From: a phage
Assembly (NCBI GenBank): GCA_021683455.1
Contig: GCA_021683455.1_3051.1
Length of the DNA: 64,000 nt
Direction: 5' to 3' (one strand)
This document shows, one piece after another, positions 41,733-52,300 of this stretch; within the stretch, counting starts at the first letter, position 1; the number at the start of each line of letters is the position of its first letter. The translations under genes were made by a program, and so were the position numbers. Under the pieces are notes generated by a model, which did no database searches, was not told the DNA's origin, and saw only the letters and a program-made list of their open reading frames with translations.

Positions 41733-42049
41733 AAGTCCTCAACTTGAAAATCGTCTTTAAACAATCGGTTAACTATATGAGCTATTATATCACCATGACA
41801 CGGCTTTGGTTTACATGTGCATCCTAGCCTCATTCCACGTAAAGGCTCTAAATGTGCTTTAGTTATTTCTCCGGATTTAATTCGACGTATAAAATCTTTT
41901 TTGAATAATTCAATGGCAGCCTCCCGGCTGCCAGCATCTTTACCGACGTAATTCCCCCAAAATGTACCACGGTGAATATTAACATCAAAGTCGGATTTAT
42001 ATTTATTCACTACTCGGCATATACGGCCTGCGCGGTTGTAAGTGTTCAT
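41723..42049 (-). CDS. hypothetical protein with CxC...P..CHGD motif (nrdA.1 position)
   Basis: 108-aa ORF; motif [17 protein letters not shown]. Confidence 0.5.
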   Translation of the reverse strand: MNTYNRAGRICRVVNKYKSDFDVNIHRGTFWGNYVGKDAGSREAAIELFKKDFIRRIKSGEITKAHLEPLRGMRLGCTCKPKPCHGDIIAHIVNRLFKDDFQVEDLCN

Positions 42050-42266
42050 ATTGTTCTTCCGTTAAAACAGTAATATCGTAGTAACAGTCAGAAGAAGTTT
42101 TAACTGTGGAAATTTTATTATCAAAATACTCACGAGTCATTTTATGGGTATAATATTTTTTGCCATAAATGATAATAGGCTGATTTGGTCCTGGAACTTC
42201 TAACTCACTTGGATTAGGAAGTGTAAAAAGAACTACACCAGAAGTATCCTTAAATCGTAAAATCAT
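42003..42266 (-). CDS. hypothetical protein (nrdA.2 position)
   Basis: 87-aa ORF overlapping its neighbours. Confidence 0.4.
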   Translation of the reverse strand: MILRFKDTSGVVLFTLPNPSELEVPGPNQPIIIYGKKYYTHKMTREYFDNKISTVKTSSDCYYDITVLTEEQYEHLQPRRPYMPSSE

Positions 42267-43123
42267 ATTGCCATTTTCCCTTTAATTGCCGGATGTGATT
42301 CATAATTTTCAAGGATAAAATCTTTCGGTTTCATGTATTCAGTTAACCAGTAAAGCTGTGTTTTGGTGTCACAATTTTCAAACTCTATAGGCCAATCAAT
42401 TTTAAGTTCGCACAGTTCTTTAGGCTCACGACGTAAAATTTCTTTACATTGTTCTACGTGATTCATATAGATGTGAGTATTACCACCAGAAAATATCAAA
42501 TCTCCTGGGATAAGATTACACATCTTAGCTACAATATGAACTAACGTAGCATATGATGCAATATTAAATGGAAGACCGAGGAAAACATCTACCGAACGTT
42601 GATACCACTGCAAATCTAAATAGCCATTACGCACATTAAACTGATAGAACATATGACAAGGTGGTAATGCCATATATTTAAGTTCAGCTGGATTCCACGC
42701 AGAAACAATTTGACGCCTATCATTTGGCAGTTTTTTAATACGATCAACAACTTCTATAATTTGGTCTACACCGCCAAAATCACGCCACTGTTTTCCATAA
42801 ATTGGACCAAGTTCACCGCTATGGTATCCTAAATCTTTTGCTTGATTTTCGTAATTTTCATCCCAGACTGTTTTGCCTTGAATTGATGAATCATGTTGAA
42901 TTAATCGCAAATCATTGACATTTGTGCTTCCTGATAAAAACCATATTAGCTCAGCAATGCATGCATTCCAGGCGAGCTTTTTAGTTGTTACTGCAGGAAA
43001 ACCTTTAGTTAAATCCCAACGCAATTTAGTACCGAACAGAGCAATTGTTCCTGTGCCCGTTCGGTCATCGGTTTCATAGCCATTTTCAAAAATGTCTTTA
43101 ATTAAATCTTGGTATTGTTTCAT
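42263..43123 (-). CDS. td: thymidylate synthase, uninterrupted (no intron)
   Basis: 286-aa continuous ORF; ThyA catalytic motifs (LPPCH, active-site Cys region). Confidence 0.95.
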   Translation of the reverse strand: MKQYQDLIKDIFENGYETDDRTGTGTIALFGTKLRWDLTKGFPAVTTKKLAWNACIAELIWFLSGSTNVNDLRLIQHDSSIQGKTVWDENYENQAKDLGYHSGELGPIYGKQWRDFGGVDQIIEVVDRIKKLPNDRRQIVSAWNPAELKYMALPPCHMFYQFNVRNGYLDLQWYQRSVDVFLGLPFNIASYATLVHIVAKMCNLIPGDLIFSGGNTHIYMNHVEQCKEILRREPKELCELKIDWPIEFENCDTKTQLYWLTEYMKPKDFILENYESHPAIKGKMAI

Positions 43124-43168
43124 TTAGTACCTTATATAAATTATAATACATTTTATGAAGCTAAATAA

Positions 43169-43516
43169 TCAATACGGTTTAGCAACAAATTTTCTCTCAA
43201 TTTCAGGCGTGAAATATAATTCTTTACCACGTTTGGAAAAGCGACCAATAATATGATAATTATTCTCATCAAACGTAATATTACCAATATCCATAGCTTT
43301 CAACCAAATATCGATATTTCTATCTAGCTTTATGTCAAAATTCCAATACGGAGAACTATTACCGAAAATACTGCAAGCGGATTCAGTGAAACAACTGCTA
43401 TAAATCTTGTCTTTAGGAACTACCAATTGATAGACGCCTTTAATAAACTGAGGACCCTGCCACTTTGGTTGTTTCTCATCTTTTTCTAATAGAATAGGGT
43501 AATAATTAAAATTCAT
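43169..43516 (-). CDS. hypothetical protein located between frd and td
   Basis: 115-aa ORF; frd and td are adjacent in T4 as I recall. Confidence 0.5.
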   Translation of the reverse strand: MNFNYYPILLEKDEKQPKWQGPQFIKGVYQLVVPKDKIYSSCFTESACSIFGNSSPYWNFDIKLDRNIDIWLKAMDIGNITFDENNYHIIGRFSKRGKELYFTPEIERKFVAKPY

Positions 43517-43535
43517 ATTTCCGCCACACGTTATT

Positions 43536-44358
<823 letters not shown>

Positions 44359-44374
<16 letters not shown>

Positions 44375-44718
44375 TGAAAAGAGTCATGAGCATATCCGCT
44401 AGCGTCAATCATTTTAACTAAAGTTACCATTCCTCTGTTAACTGCTTGCGCGATTTCATCAAAAACTTCGTCACTATCATCGTAAAGATCATTAAAAAGT
44501 TCTAGCACGTTCTTCTGAACTTTTAATTTACGGCCGACAATTTCGCCTACAGTAAATTCGTTTCCGCCAAATCCAGCGTAAAATGTAATTACACCCATTA
44601 ACTGGCTTTCACGAGAATCTATGTCGTGTGATAAATTAATAAAAGCCGTCCCAGGCGCGGTTTTAAGTTGGCAACGAATTTTTACTTGGGTAATTCCAGT
44701 TATATGAATGTTAGACAT
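44359..44718 (-). CDS. hypothetical protein (frd.x cluster)
   Basis: 119-aa ORF. Confidence 0.45.
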
Positions 44719-44728
44719 AATATTTTCC

Positions 44729-44971
44729 TCAGACAGACTTTTTCACAATTTTCCAATCAGCTTTAAACTGATCAACGTCAGAATGGTAAATCCAGAATCC
44801 TGCGCTTTCTCCGTCTTCATAAAGAGGACATCCATCGCATTCATCTTCCCATCCCATATCACGTAAAAGATGTTCAGCTTTTTCAATGAGTTCAGAATCT
44901 TTACCGATGATATTAAAATACCATTTACCTCTAACTTCTGAATCTTTAATGCTCTGGCGTTGTAATCTCAT
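44729..44971 (-). CDS. hypothetical protein (frd.x cluster)
   Basis: 80-aa ORF preceded by an early promoter. Confidence 0.45.
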   Translation of the reverse strand: MRLQRQSIKDSEVRGKWYFNIIGKDSELIEKAEHLLRDMGWEDECDGCPLYEDGESAGFWIYHSDVDQFKADWKIVKKSV

Positions 44972-44999
44972 TTTATTCTCCTCAGTAGTTGATAGGGTA

Positions 45000-45029
45000 A
45001 TAGTATCACACTACTACCCTGTTGTAAAC
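45000..45029 (-). promoter_or_regulatory. sigma70-like early promoter (GTTTAC-N18-TACTAT)
   Basis: Minus-strand GTTTACAACAGGGTAGTAGTGTGATACTAT upstream of ORF 44729..44971. Confidence 0.5.
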
Positions 45030-45031
45030 AA

Positions 45032-45292
45032 TTATTTTTGAATTTTATCGAGCCACTTACCAAGCTTAATCATTTCTTTAGTAGCCTTTTCCATACTTCT
45101 GAACTTAACCAATAGAGGATAGGTATCGACACCCATAACTAAATTGGTTGCAAGACTGTGTTCACCCACAAGCCATAACGAATACGTTTGAATATCGAGC
45201 CCGTAATTTCTGTCTTTATGGACCCGTACACCCATCACTTCAAATTTCTCACTAGCTTTTTCTACCGCATCCAGGAAATCATCTTTAGTCAT
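45032..45292 (-). CDS. hypothetical protein (frd.x cluster)
   Basis: ORF-track ORF 45032..45334; start taken at ATG 45292, abutting the upstream ORF stop. Confidence 0.4.
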   Translation of the reverse strand: MTKDDFLDAVEKASEKFEVMGVRVHKDRNYGLDIQTYSLWLVGEHSLATNLVMGVDTYPLLVKFRSMEKATKEMIKLGKWLDKIQK

Positions 45293-45293
45293 A

Positions 45294-45680
45294 TTAGGCC
45301 TTGAAAGTTTTTCGCAAAAGTTCAATGATTTCATCTACATTGTTTTCGTCAACAATGCAGTGAATTTTTGTTACGCCAGAAACTATACCTTCATTAGCGG
45401 ATTGAGGCTTTTCTAAAGTTACCTCAGTAAAGTATTTGAATTCTTCAGAGTAAATCTCAAAATACGTCTCAAGTGGGCCACCCGCCATGTATTCAGTGCC
45501 GTCTTCCATAGTTACACGTACCACACAGTCACCAGCACAATCATCACTTTCTATTTCATCTACAACAAAACTAGGTCCGTGCTTCTCTATTAAATTTAGC
45601 ATCATTACATTGCAACGGCACTCGTTAGCAAAGTCATTTTTAAATAAAGGGTTAATGATATAAGTTTTTCCAACTTCCAC
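45294..45680 (-). CDS. hypothetical protein (frd.x cluster)
   Basis: 128-aa ORF. Confidence 0.45.
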   Translation of the reverse strand: MEVGKTYIINPLFKNDFANECRCNVMMLNLIEKHGPSFVVDEIESDDCAGDCVVRVTMEDGTEYMAGGPLETYFEIYSEEFKYFTEVTLEKPQSANEGIVSGVTKIHCIVDENNVDEIIELLRKTFKA

Positions 45681-45724
45681 TTTGATTTCCTCATTTTAAC
45701 GGGGCTATAATAGCCCCTTGATAA

Positions 45725-45955
45725 TTATTGTTCAATCAGTCCCATGTAAAATTCTGCGTCTTCAGAATCCATGCCATCACAATATTCATTAGCCATAAAG
45801 CGGGTAAGGTCTTCAAGAGGACCTTCAATGACAATAGAAAAATTGCAATAATTGGGATCATCATGAATACTTGTGATACTAAGTTCAGGATAACGATTAC
45901 GAATAATCTCTTCAATATATTCAAAATCAACGATGTCAATATCAACTTTAGCCAT
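45725..45955 (-). CDS. hypothetical protein (frd.x cluster)
   Basis: ORF-track ORF 45725..46081 reads through the promoter; start taken at ATG 45955 (MAKVDIDIV...). Confidence 0.4.
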   Translation of the reverse strand: MAKVDIDIVDFEYIEEIIRNRYPELSITSIHDDPNYCNFSIVIEGPLEDLTRFMANEYCDGMDSEDAEFYMGLIEQ

Positions 45956-45998
45956 ATTATTTTCCTCTTTAATCATCAGCAGTATTGCCGATAGTTGT

Positions 45999-46028
45999 AT
46001 AGTACCATAAAGCCTTATGTTTGTAAAC
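45999..46028 (-). promoter_or_regulatory. sigma70-like early promoter with AT-rich upstream element (GTTTAC-N18-TACTAT)
   Basis: Minus-strand GTTTACAAACATAAGGCTTTATGGTACTAT preceded by TTTTTTTATTTCAAAATTTTTTTCACAAAAC; near-identical copy at 62693..62752. Confidence 0.55.
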
Positions 46029-46060
46029 CGTTTTGTGAAAAAAATTTTGAAATAAAAAAA

Positions 46061-46079
46061 GGGGACCTCTAGGGTCCCC
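46061..46079 (-). terminator. stem-loop terminator downstream of gene 32 (GGGGACC-loop-GGTCCCC)
   Basis: 7-bp GC stem flanked by A/T runs, 20 nt 3-prime of the gene 32 stop. Confidence 0.55.
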
Positions 46080-46101
46080 AATTAATTAGTAATATAATCT
46101 A

Positions 46102-47010
46102 TTAAAGGTCATTCAAAAGGTCATCCAGGTCCGTGTCATCAGCACTAGATGAACTGCCAGAGCTTGAGCTCATAAAATCATCTTCAGTTTTTGTATTGAA
46201 GTCATCAACATTGAATGCATCCAAATCATCAGCAACTTTATCGGCTTTCTTAGCAGCAGTTGCTGCGGCACCACCCATAGCAGCAGTTCCCATAACTTGA
46301 CTGAACTTAGTGCTCAGTTCTTCAAACGATTTGAATTTATCTTTAGAAGTCATTTCAGAAAGGTCAACCATTTGTTCGAACAGTTCTTTCTGGAAAGATT
46401 CATCGTCAATGTTTGGAATCGCAGATTGATTCAGGAATTTAGATTCGTCGTAGTTACTAAATCCAGAAACTTGTTTAACTTTCAGTACAAAGTTAGCACC
46501 TTCCCACGGACAAGTTACATCAACCGGAGTTTCACCCATTTCAACATCAACTGCAATCATTGCATTGATTTTATCCCAGATTTTCTTGCCGAAACGGTAT
46601 TTAAATACTTTACCTTCGTTTTCTGGAGCAGCTGGGTCTTTTACTACAAGAATGTTAGCCCAGTAAGAAGTTTTACGTTTAACAAGACCGTACTCTTTAT
46701 TGTCAGTGTTGTACAAATCATTTTTACTGATGTACTGACATACTGGACAAGAATCGTAATCACCGTGGGTAGATGAACAGTTTTCAATATACCATTTACC
46801 ATTTTTCTTGAAACCGTGATTTACAAGAATTGCGAATGGTGCTTGTTCATCATTTTTAGACGGAAGAAAACGAATTACTGCTTGACCGTTACCCGCATTG
46901 TCGAGTTTCAGTTTCCACTCGCCTTTATCTTCAGAAGAAAAACCACCTTTATTTCCAGCCAGTTTAGCCATTTGTGCAGCGAGTTCAGCAGTAGATTTAC
47001 GTTTAAACAT
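46102..47010 (-). CDS. 32: single-stranded DNA-binding protein gp32
   Basis: 302-aa ORF; zinc-binding Cys/His cluster ([11 protein letters not shown]) and acidic C-terminal tail. Confidence 0.95.
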   Translation of the reverse strand: MFKRKSTAELAAQMAKLAGNKGGFSSEDKGEWKLKLDNAGNGQAVIRFLPSKNDEQAPFAILVNHGFKKNGKWYIENCSSTHGDYDSCPVCQYISKNDLYNTDNKEYGLVKRKTSYWANILVVKDPAAPENEGKVFKYRFGKKIWDKINAMIAVDVEMGETPVDVTCPWEGANFVLKVKQVSGFSNYDESKFLNQSAIPNIDDESFQKELFEQMVDLSEMTSKDKFKSFEELSTKFSQVMGTAAMGGAAATAAKKADKVADDLDAFNVDDFNTKTEDDFMSSSSGSSSSADDTDLDDLLNDL

Positions 47011-47080
47011 TTTTATTTCCTTTTTAATTTAATTAACAGTTGGTGCTATGACGATGTATGACCTCATAGCTGGTCAGTGA
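47011..47080 (-). promoter_or_regulatory. gene 32 5-prime leader: autoregulatory translational operator (pseudoknot region plus AU-rich tract with repeated UUAAA)
   Basis: Minus-strand leader ...GACCAGCTATGAGGTCATACATCGTCATAGCACCAACTGTTAATTAAATTAAAAAGGAAATAAAAATG, matching the known T4 gene 32 operator architecture. Confidence 0.55.
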
Positions 47081-47093
47081 GATAATTATAATC

Positions 47094-47101
47094 TATTTAT
47101 A
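47094..47101 (-). promoter_or_regulatory. late promoter TATAAATA (minus strand) upstream of gene 32 leader
   Basis: Reverse complement of 47094..47101 is TATAAATA. Confidence 0.5.
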
Positions 47102-47109
47102 ATAAGCAA

Positions 47110-47763
47110 TTAATACTTACAAGATTTCACAGTTTCAATAAAAACTTTTTTAGCTTCCTGTGAATCGATATTTAAAATTTTTCTATAAGCCTTTAACTTT
47201 ATAGAATAATTATTCCAGACTAAATTATCAGTCTGTTCATCATGTTTATCAATTATATTTAAAAACGAATCAAGCAAGATAAACGTCTCAAACGAAATTA
47301 TGTTCGACTGAAGCAGTTTAAAAATATAACTTGATTGAACTTTTGGATTATACTCAAAAATTTCTTTAAAAGCAGAAACTTCAACTTTTTTACTAAAATA
47401 ATAAATGTTGCGAATATCTTCTTCAAACTTAAATTTAATTTGCTTTAAGCGTCCGATATATTCACGATAAAACACAAGTGCATCAGCATCAGAGATGTCG
47501 CCAATCCAAGCATCTTGGTTAGCTACAAGATTGCTAATAAAAATTAAAGTCAATTCTTTTAATTTATACTTTTCTGATAGCTTTTGGAAAAAATACTTAT
47601 CTCTTCGTTTTTGATAAGCGGCATCAGACACCCGCATGCACCAATTGTACTTAATAACATCATATTTTCCATTCATATGTTGTTTTATCATTAAGTATAA
47701 TTTATAAACTGATTTACCATCAATATATCTTTCACCACCAGCAGGCATGCGGAGTTTAATCAT
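47110..47763 (-). CDS. 59: gp59 helicase loading protein
   Basis: 217-aa ORF; size and synteny (33-59-32). Confidence 0.85.
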   Translation of the reverse strand: MIKLRMPAGGERYIDGKSVYKLYLMIKQHMNGKYDVIKYNWCMRVSDAAYQKRRDKYFFQKLSEKYKLKELTLIFISNLVANQDAWIGDISDADALVFYREYIGRLKQIKFKFEEDIRNIYYFSKKVEVSAFKEIFEYNPKVQSSYIFKLLQSNIISFETFILLDSFLNIIDKHDEQTDNLVWNNYSIKLKAYRKILNIDSQEAKKVFIETVKSCKY

Positions 47764-48098
47764 AGCAGAAAGTCTAACGTATTCGTTTTTTCACATCTAA
47801 CAACAGAAGGGCGTAAAAGATTTTCGTCAATAGCTTCTGATTGAATTTTTTCAATTATACCCGAAGGAATAAATTTAGCAAATTGAGTTTCAGGAATAGA
47901 GTTTTCTTCCAAGAATGCTGTCGTAGCTTCAAGATAACTCATTCCAAACTCTTCTACCATTTTTTCAATAATAAATCCATTTTCTTGACGATCAAGAAGC
48001 TTTGCTATTTCATCCTTTTCTTTCTTGATTGAAAGTTCTTTTTCTGAAAGACCGGTCTCATCGACCGGACGAATATCATTTAGAGAAAACTGTGTCAT
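47760..48098 (-). CDS. 33: gp33 late transcription co-activator
   Basis: ORF-track ORF 47760..48107; start taken at ATG 48098 (MTQFSLNDIRP...) giving 112 aa; ATGA overlap with gene 59. Confidence 0.8.
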   Translation of the reverse strand: MTQFSLNDIRPVDETGLSEKELSIKKEKDEIAKLLDRQENGFIIEKMVEEFGMSYLEATTAFLEENSIPETQFAKFIPSGIIEKIQSEAIDENLLRPSVVRCEKTNTLDFLL

Positions 48099-48345
48099 AA
48101 AGTTCAACTACCTCTTCAGTTTCAGCTTCAAACACATCACGGTTATCTTTATGATATAGAGCTAATAGACGATTAAACATCTTGCCGTCAACACCAAGTT
48201 CATCTTTAGCACGAATTCGAATATCTTTAATCAATTCATTATAACCGGAAATTTTCAGTTTATGATCAGATGCTTCTTTAATAAATTTAGCCAAGTCTTC
48301 GCCATGGATAGCTTCATCAAATTCAACCATTTCTTTTTTAGCCAT
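48076..48345 (-). CDS. dsbA: DsbA double-stranded DNA-binding protein
   Basis: 89-aa ORF; size and position between rnh and 33. Confidence 0.75.
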   Translation of the reverse strand: MAKKEMVEFDEAIHGEDLAKFIKEASDHKLKISGYNELIKDIRIRAKDELGVDGKMFNRLLALYHKDNRDVFEAETEEVVELYDTVFSK

Positions 48346-48353
48346 TATTCACC

Positions 48354-49271
48354 TCAAAATTCATTAATGCTATTAGTTAATTTAGAAAGACCCGCTTTTA
48401 CAAAATATGAATAAATTTTGCCACGCGGTGGTAATTTATATGAATTATAGTAATTCACAATGTTTGAAGCAATATTATCAGGAATATAATCAAAATCAAT
48501 TAGAACTAAATTTTCTTTATAACGATTATATTCAGATTCTGTGAGAAGCACCTTAGCTTGCTCACGGTCATTAGCAATAGCTTCAACGATTGAAGTTTTC
48601 ATTGAAGGGGTTCGTTCACCTTCAACTTTGGTAAACCAAAAGTCAGATCGTACTTTAACTGAAGCAACGTTATCCTTTTTGTCGCCCTTAAGGATTTTAG
48701 TCATACAGTCAATTTCAGCAGAACCGCTTTTAATTTTAACCCATTTCTTGTGCATCGGTGACCATTGCTTAACATTTGGGTATTTGTGAAGTTGAGTAAA
48801 GTCACCATCCGATGAAATGATTAAAATCTTGTGTCCTTCTAAAGAGAACTTTTTAACAAGAACAGCAATGTGGTCATCTGCTTCATACTTATCGATATCC
48901 ATAACAATGTATGGCATATAAGCTTTCAATTCATCTATAACTTTGTGGCTGGATTCAAAATAACCTTCCCAGTCCCAAGTCGATTCTTCTCGTGCTTTTC
49001 CACGGTTTTTCTTATAATAATAAGCGAAATCACGACGCCAGTATCCAGATTTCGCGTTATCAATACACAGTACAATTTTAGTGTATCCAAGAGTTTTTGC
49101 TTTTTTGACATTAAACTTAATTGAGTTCAATATCAAATGACGAACCATTGATAAATTAATTTTTTCTTTATCTGGGAAGTTTACTAAAGCAGTTGAAAGC
49201 GCAATTTGACTAAAGTCAATAAAGCAAATTCCTTCTTTGTAATCTTCATCCAGCATCATTTCTAAATCCAT
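48354..49271 (-). CDS. rnh: RNase H (5-prime to 3-prime exonuclease, FEN-1 family)
   Basis: ORF-track ORF 48354..49286; start taken at ATG 49271 (MDLEMMLDEDYKEG...) giving 305 aa. Confidence 0.85.
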   Translation of the reverse strand: MDLEMMLDEDYKEGICFIDFSQIALSTALVNFPDKEKINLSMVRHLILNSIKFNVKKAKTLGYTKIVLCIDNAKSGYWRRDFAYYYKKNRGKAREESTWDWEGYFESSHKVIDELKAYMPYIVMDIDKYEADDHIAVLVKKFSLEGHKILIISSDGDFTQLHKYPNVKQWSPMHKKWVKIKSGSAEIDCMTKILKGDKKDNVASVKVRSDFWFTKVEGERTPSMKTSIVEAIANDREQAKVLLTESEYNRYKENLVLIDFDYIPDNIASNIVNYYNSYKLPPRGKIYSYFVKAGLSKLTNSINEF

Positions 49272-49333
49272 ATGAACCTCGTTCAATTAGTGAGATTTCT
49301 ATTATATACCATCCAAATCTTAAAGTAAACAAG

Positions 49334-49341
49334 TATAAATA
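49334..49341 (+). promoter_or_regulatory. late promoter TATAAATA upstream of gene 34
   Basis: Exact TATAAATA about 35 nt upstream of the gene 34 ATG. Confidence 0.6.
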
Positions 49342-49375
49342 CTTATTATTGAAAACACAATAGGAGCCCGGGAGA

Positions 49376-52300
49376 ATGGCCGAGATTAAAAGAAAGTTCA
49401 GAGCAGAAGACGGTCTGGACGCAGGTGGTGATAAAATAATCAACGTAGCTTTAGCTGATCGTACCGTAGGAACTGACGGTGTTAACGTTGATTACTTAAT
49501 TCAAGAAAACACAGTTCAACAATATGATCCAACTCGTGGATACTTAAAAGATTTTGTAATCATTTATGATAACCGCTTTTGGGCTGCTATAAATGATATT
49601 CCAAAACCAGCAGGAGCTTTTAATAGCGTACGCTGGAGAGCATTACGTACTGATGCAAACTGGACAACTGTTTCGTCAGGACCTTATCAATTAAAATCAG
49701 GCGAATCGATTTCAGTTAACACCGCAGCGGGTAATGACATTACATTTACTTTGCCATCTTCTCCAATTGATGGTGATACTATCGTTCTCCAAGATATTGG
49801 AGGAAAACCTGGAGTTAACCAGGTTTTAATTACAGCTCCGGTACAAAGCATTGTAAACTTTAGAGGTCAACAAGTACGCTCAGTACTAATGACTCATCCA
49901 AAATCACAGATAGTTTTAATTTTTAGTAATCGTCTGTGGCAAATGTATGTTGCTGATTATAGCAGAGAAGCGGCAGTTGTAACGCCAGCGAGTCTTTATC
50001 AAGCGCAATCAAACGATTTTATCGTGCGTAGATTTACTTCTGCTTCAGCAATTAATATTAAACTTCCTAGATTTGCTAATCATGGGGATATTATTAATTT
50101 TGTTGATTTAGATAAATTAAATCCGTTATATCATACTATCGTTACTACATACGATGAAACGACTTCAGTACAAGAAGTTGGAACTCATTCCATTGAAGGC
50201 CGTACATCTATTGATGGTTTCTTGATGTTTGATGATAATGAGAAATTGTGGAGATTGTTTGACGGGGATAGTAAAGCACGTTTACGCATTATAACGACTA
50301 ATTCTAATATTCGTCCAAATGAAGAAGTCATGGTATTTGGCGCGAATAATGGAACAACCCAAACAATTGAACTTCAGCTTCCAACTGATATTTCTATCGG
50401 TGATACTGTTAAAATTTCCATGAATTACATGAGAAAAGGACAAACAGTTAAAATCAAAGCTGCCGGTGAAGATAAAATTGCTTCTTCAGTTCAATTGCTG
50501 CAATTCCCAAAACGTTCAGAATATCCACCTGAAACTAAATGGGTGACTGTTCAAGAATTAGTTTTTAATGGCGAAACCAATTATGTTCCAGTTTTACAGC
50601 TTGCTTATATCGAAGATTCCGATGGAAAATATTGGGTTGTACAGCAAAACGTTCCAACTGTAGAAAGAGTAGACTCTTTAAATAATTCTACTAGAGCAAG
50701 ATTAGGCGTAATTGCTTTAGCTACACAGGCTCAAGCTAATGCTGATTTAGAAAATTCTCCACAAAAAGAATTAGCAATTACTCCAGAAACGTTAGCTAAT
50801 CGTACTGCTACAGAAACTCGTAGAGGTATTGCAAGAATAGCAACTACTGCCCAAGTGAACCAGGATACTACATTCTCTTTTGCTGATGACCTTATCATCA
50901 CTCCTAAAAAGTTGAATGAAAGAACTGCTACAGAAACTCGTAGGGGTGTCGCTGAAATTGCTACGCAGCAAGAAACTAATACAGGGACCGATGATACTAC
51001 AATCATTACTCCTAAAAAGCTTCAAGCTCGCCAAGGTTCTGAATCATTATCTGGTATTGTAACTTTTGTATCTACTGCAGGTGCTACTCCGGCTTCTAGC
51101 CGTGAATTAAATGGTACAAATGTTTATAATAAAAACACTAATAATTTAGTTGTTTCGCCAAAAGCTTTGGACCAGTATAAAGCTACTCCTACTCAACAGG
51201 GTGCAGTAATTTTAGCAGTTGAAAGTGAAGTAATTGCTGGTCAAAGTCAAGAAGGATGGGCAAATGCTGTTGTAACTCCAGAAACGTTACACAAAAAGAC
51301 ATCAACTGATGGAAGAATTGGTTTAATTGAAATTGCTACACAAAGTGAAGTTAATACAGGAACTGATTATACTCGTGCAGTCACTCCTAAAACTTTAAAT
51401 GACCGTAGAGCAACTGAAAGTTTAAGTGGTATAGCTGAAATTGCTACACAAGTTGAATTCGACGCAGGCGTCGACGATACTCGTATCTCTACACCATTAA
51501 AAATTAAAACTAGATTTAATAGTACTGATCGTACTTCTGTTGTTGCTCTATCTGGATTAGTTGAATCAGGAACTCTCTGGGACCATTATACCCTTAATAT
51601 TCTTGAAGCAAATGAGACACAACGTGGTACACTTCGTGTGGCTACACAAGTTGAAGCTGCTGCTGGAAAATTAGATAATGTTTTAATAACTCCTAAAAAG
51701 CTTTTAGGTACTAAATCTACTGAAGCACAAGAAGGTGTTATTAAAGTTGCAACACAAACCGAAACTGTTGCTGGAACATCGGCAAATACTGCTGTATCTC
51801 CAAAAAATTTAAAATGGATTGTGCAGAGTGAACCTACTTGGGCAGCTACTACTGCGATAAGAGGTTTTGTTAAAACTTCATCTGGTTCAATTACATTTGT
51901 CGGTAATGATACAGTCGGTTCTACCCAAGATTTAGAACTGTATGAGAAAAATAGCTATGCAGTATCACCATACGAATTAAACCGTGTATTAGCAAATTAT
52001 TTGCCATTAAAAGCAAAAGCTACAGATAGTAATTTATTGGATGGTCTAGATTCATCTCAGTTCATTCGTAGGGACATTGCGCAGACGGTTAATGGTTCAC
52101 TAACCTTAACCCAACAAACGAATCTGAGTGCCCCTCTTGTATCATCTAGTACTGCTACGTTCGGTGGATCAGTTTCAGCAAATAGTACATTAACTATTTC
52201 TAATACTGGAACAGCAACTCGATTGATTTTTGAGAAAGGACCTCAAACTGGAACAAACCCAGCCCAAACGATGACTGTTAGAGTGTGGGGAAATCAATTT

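Noticed and set aside
50731-51034. Two minus-strand ORFs (91 and 80 aa) inside gene 34, and similar antisense ORFs inside genes 37 and 38 (57109..57802, 58763..58945)
   Set aside because: Antisense to tail-fibre genes within repeat-rich coding sequence; no independent expression signals.
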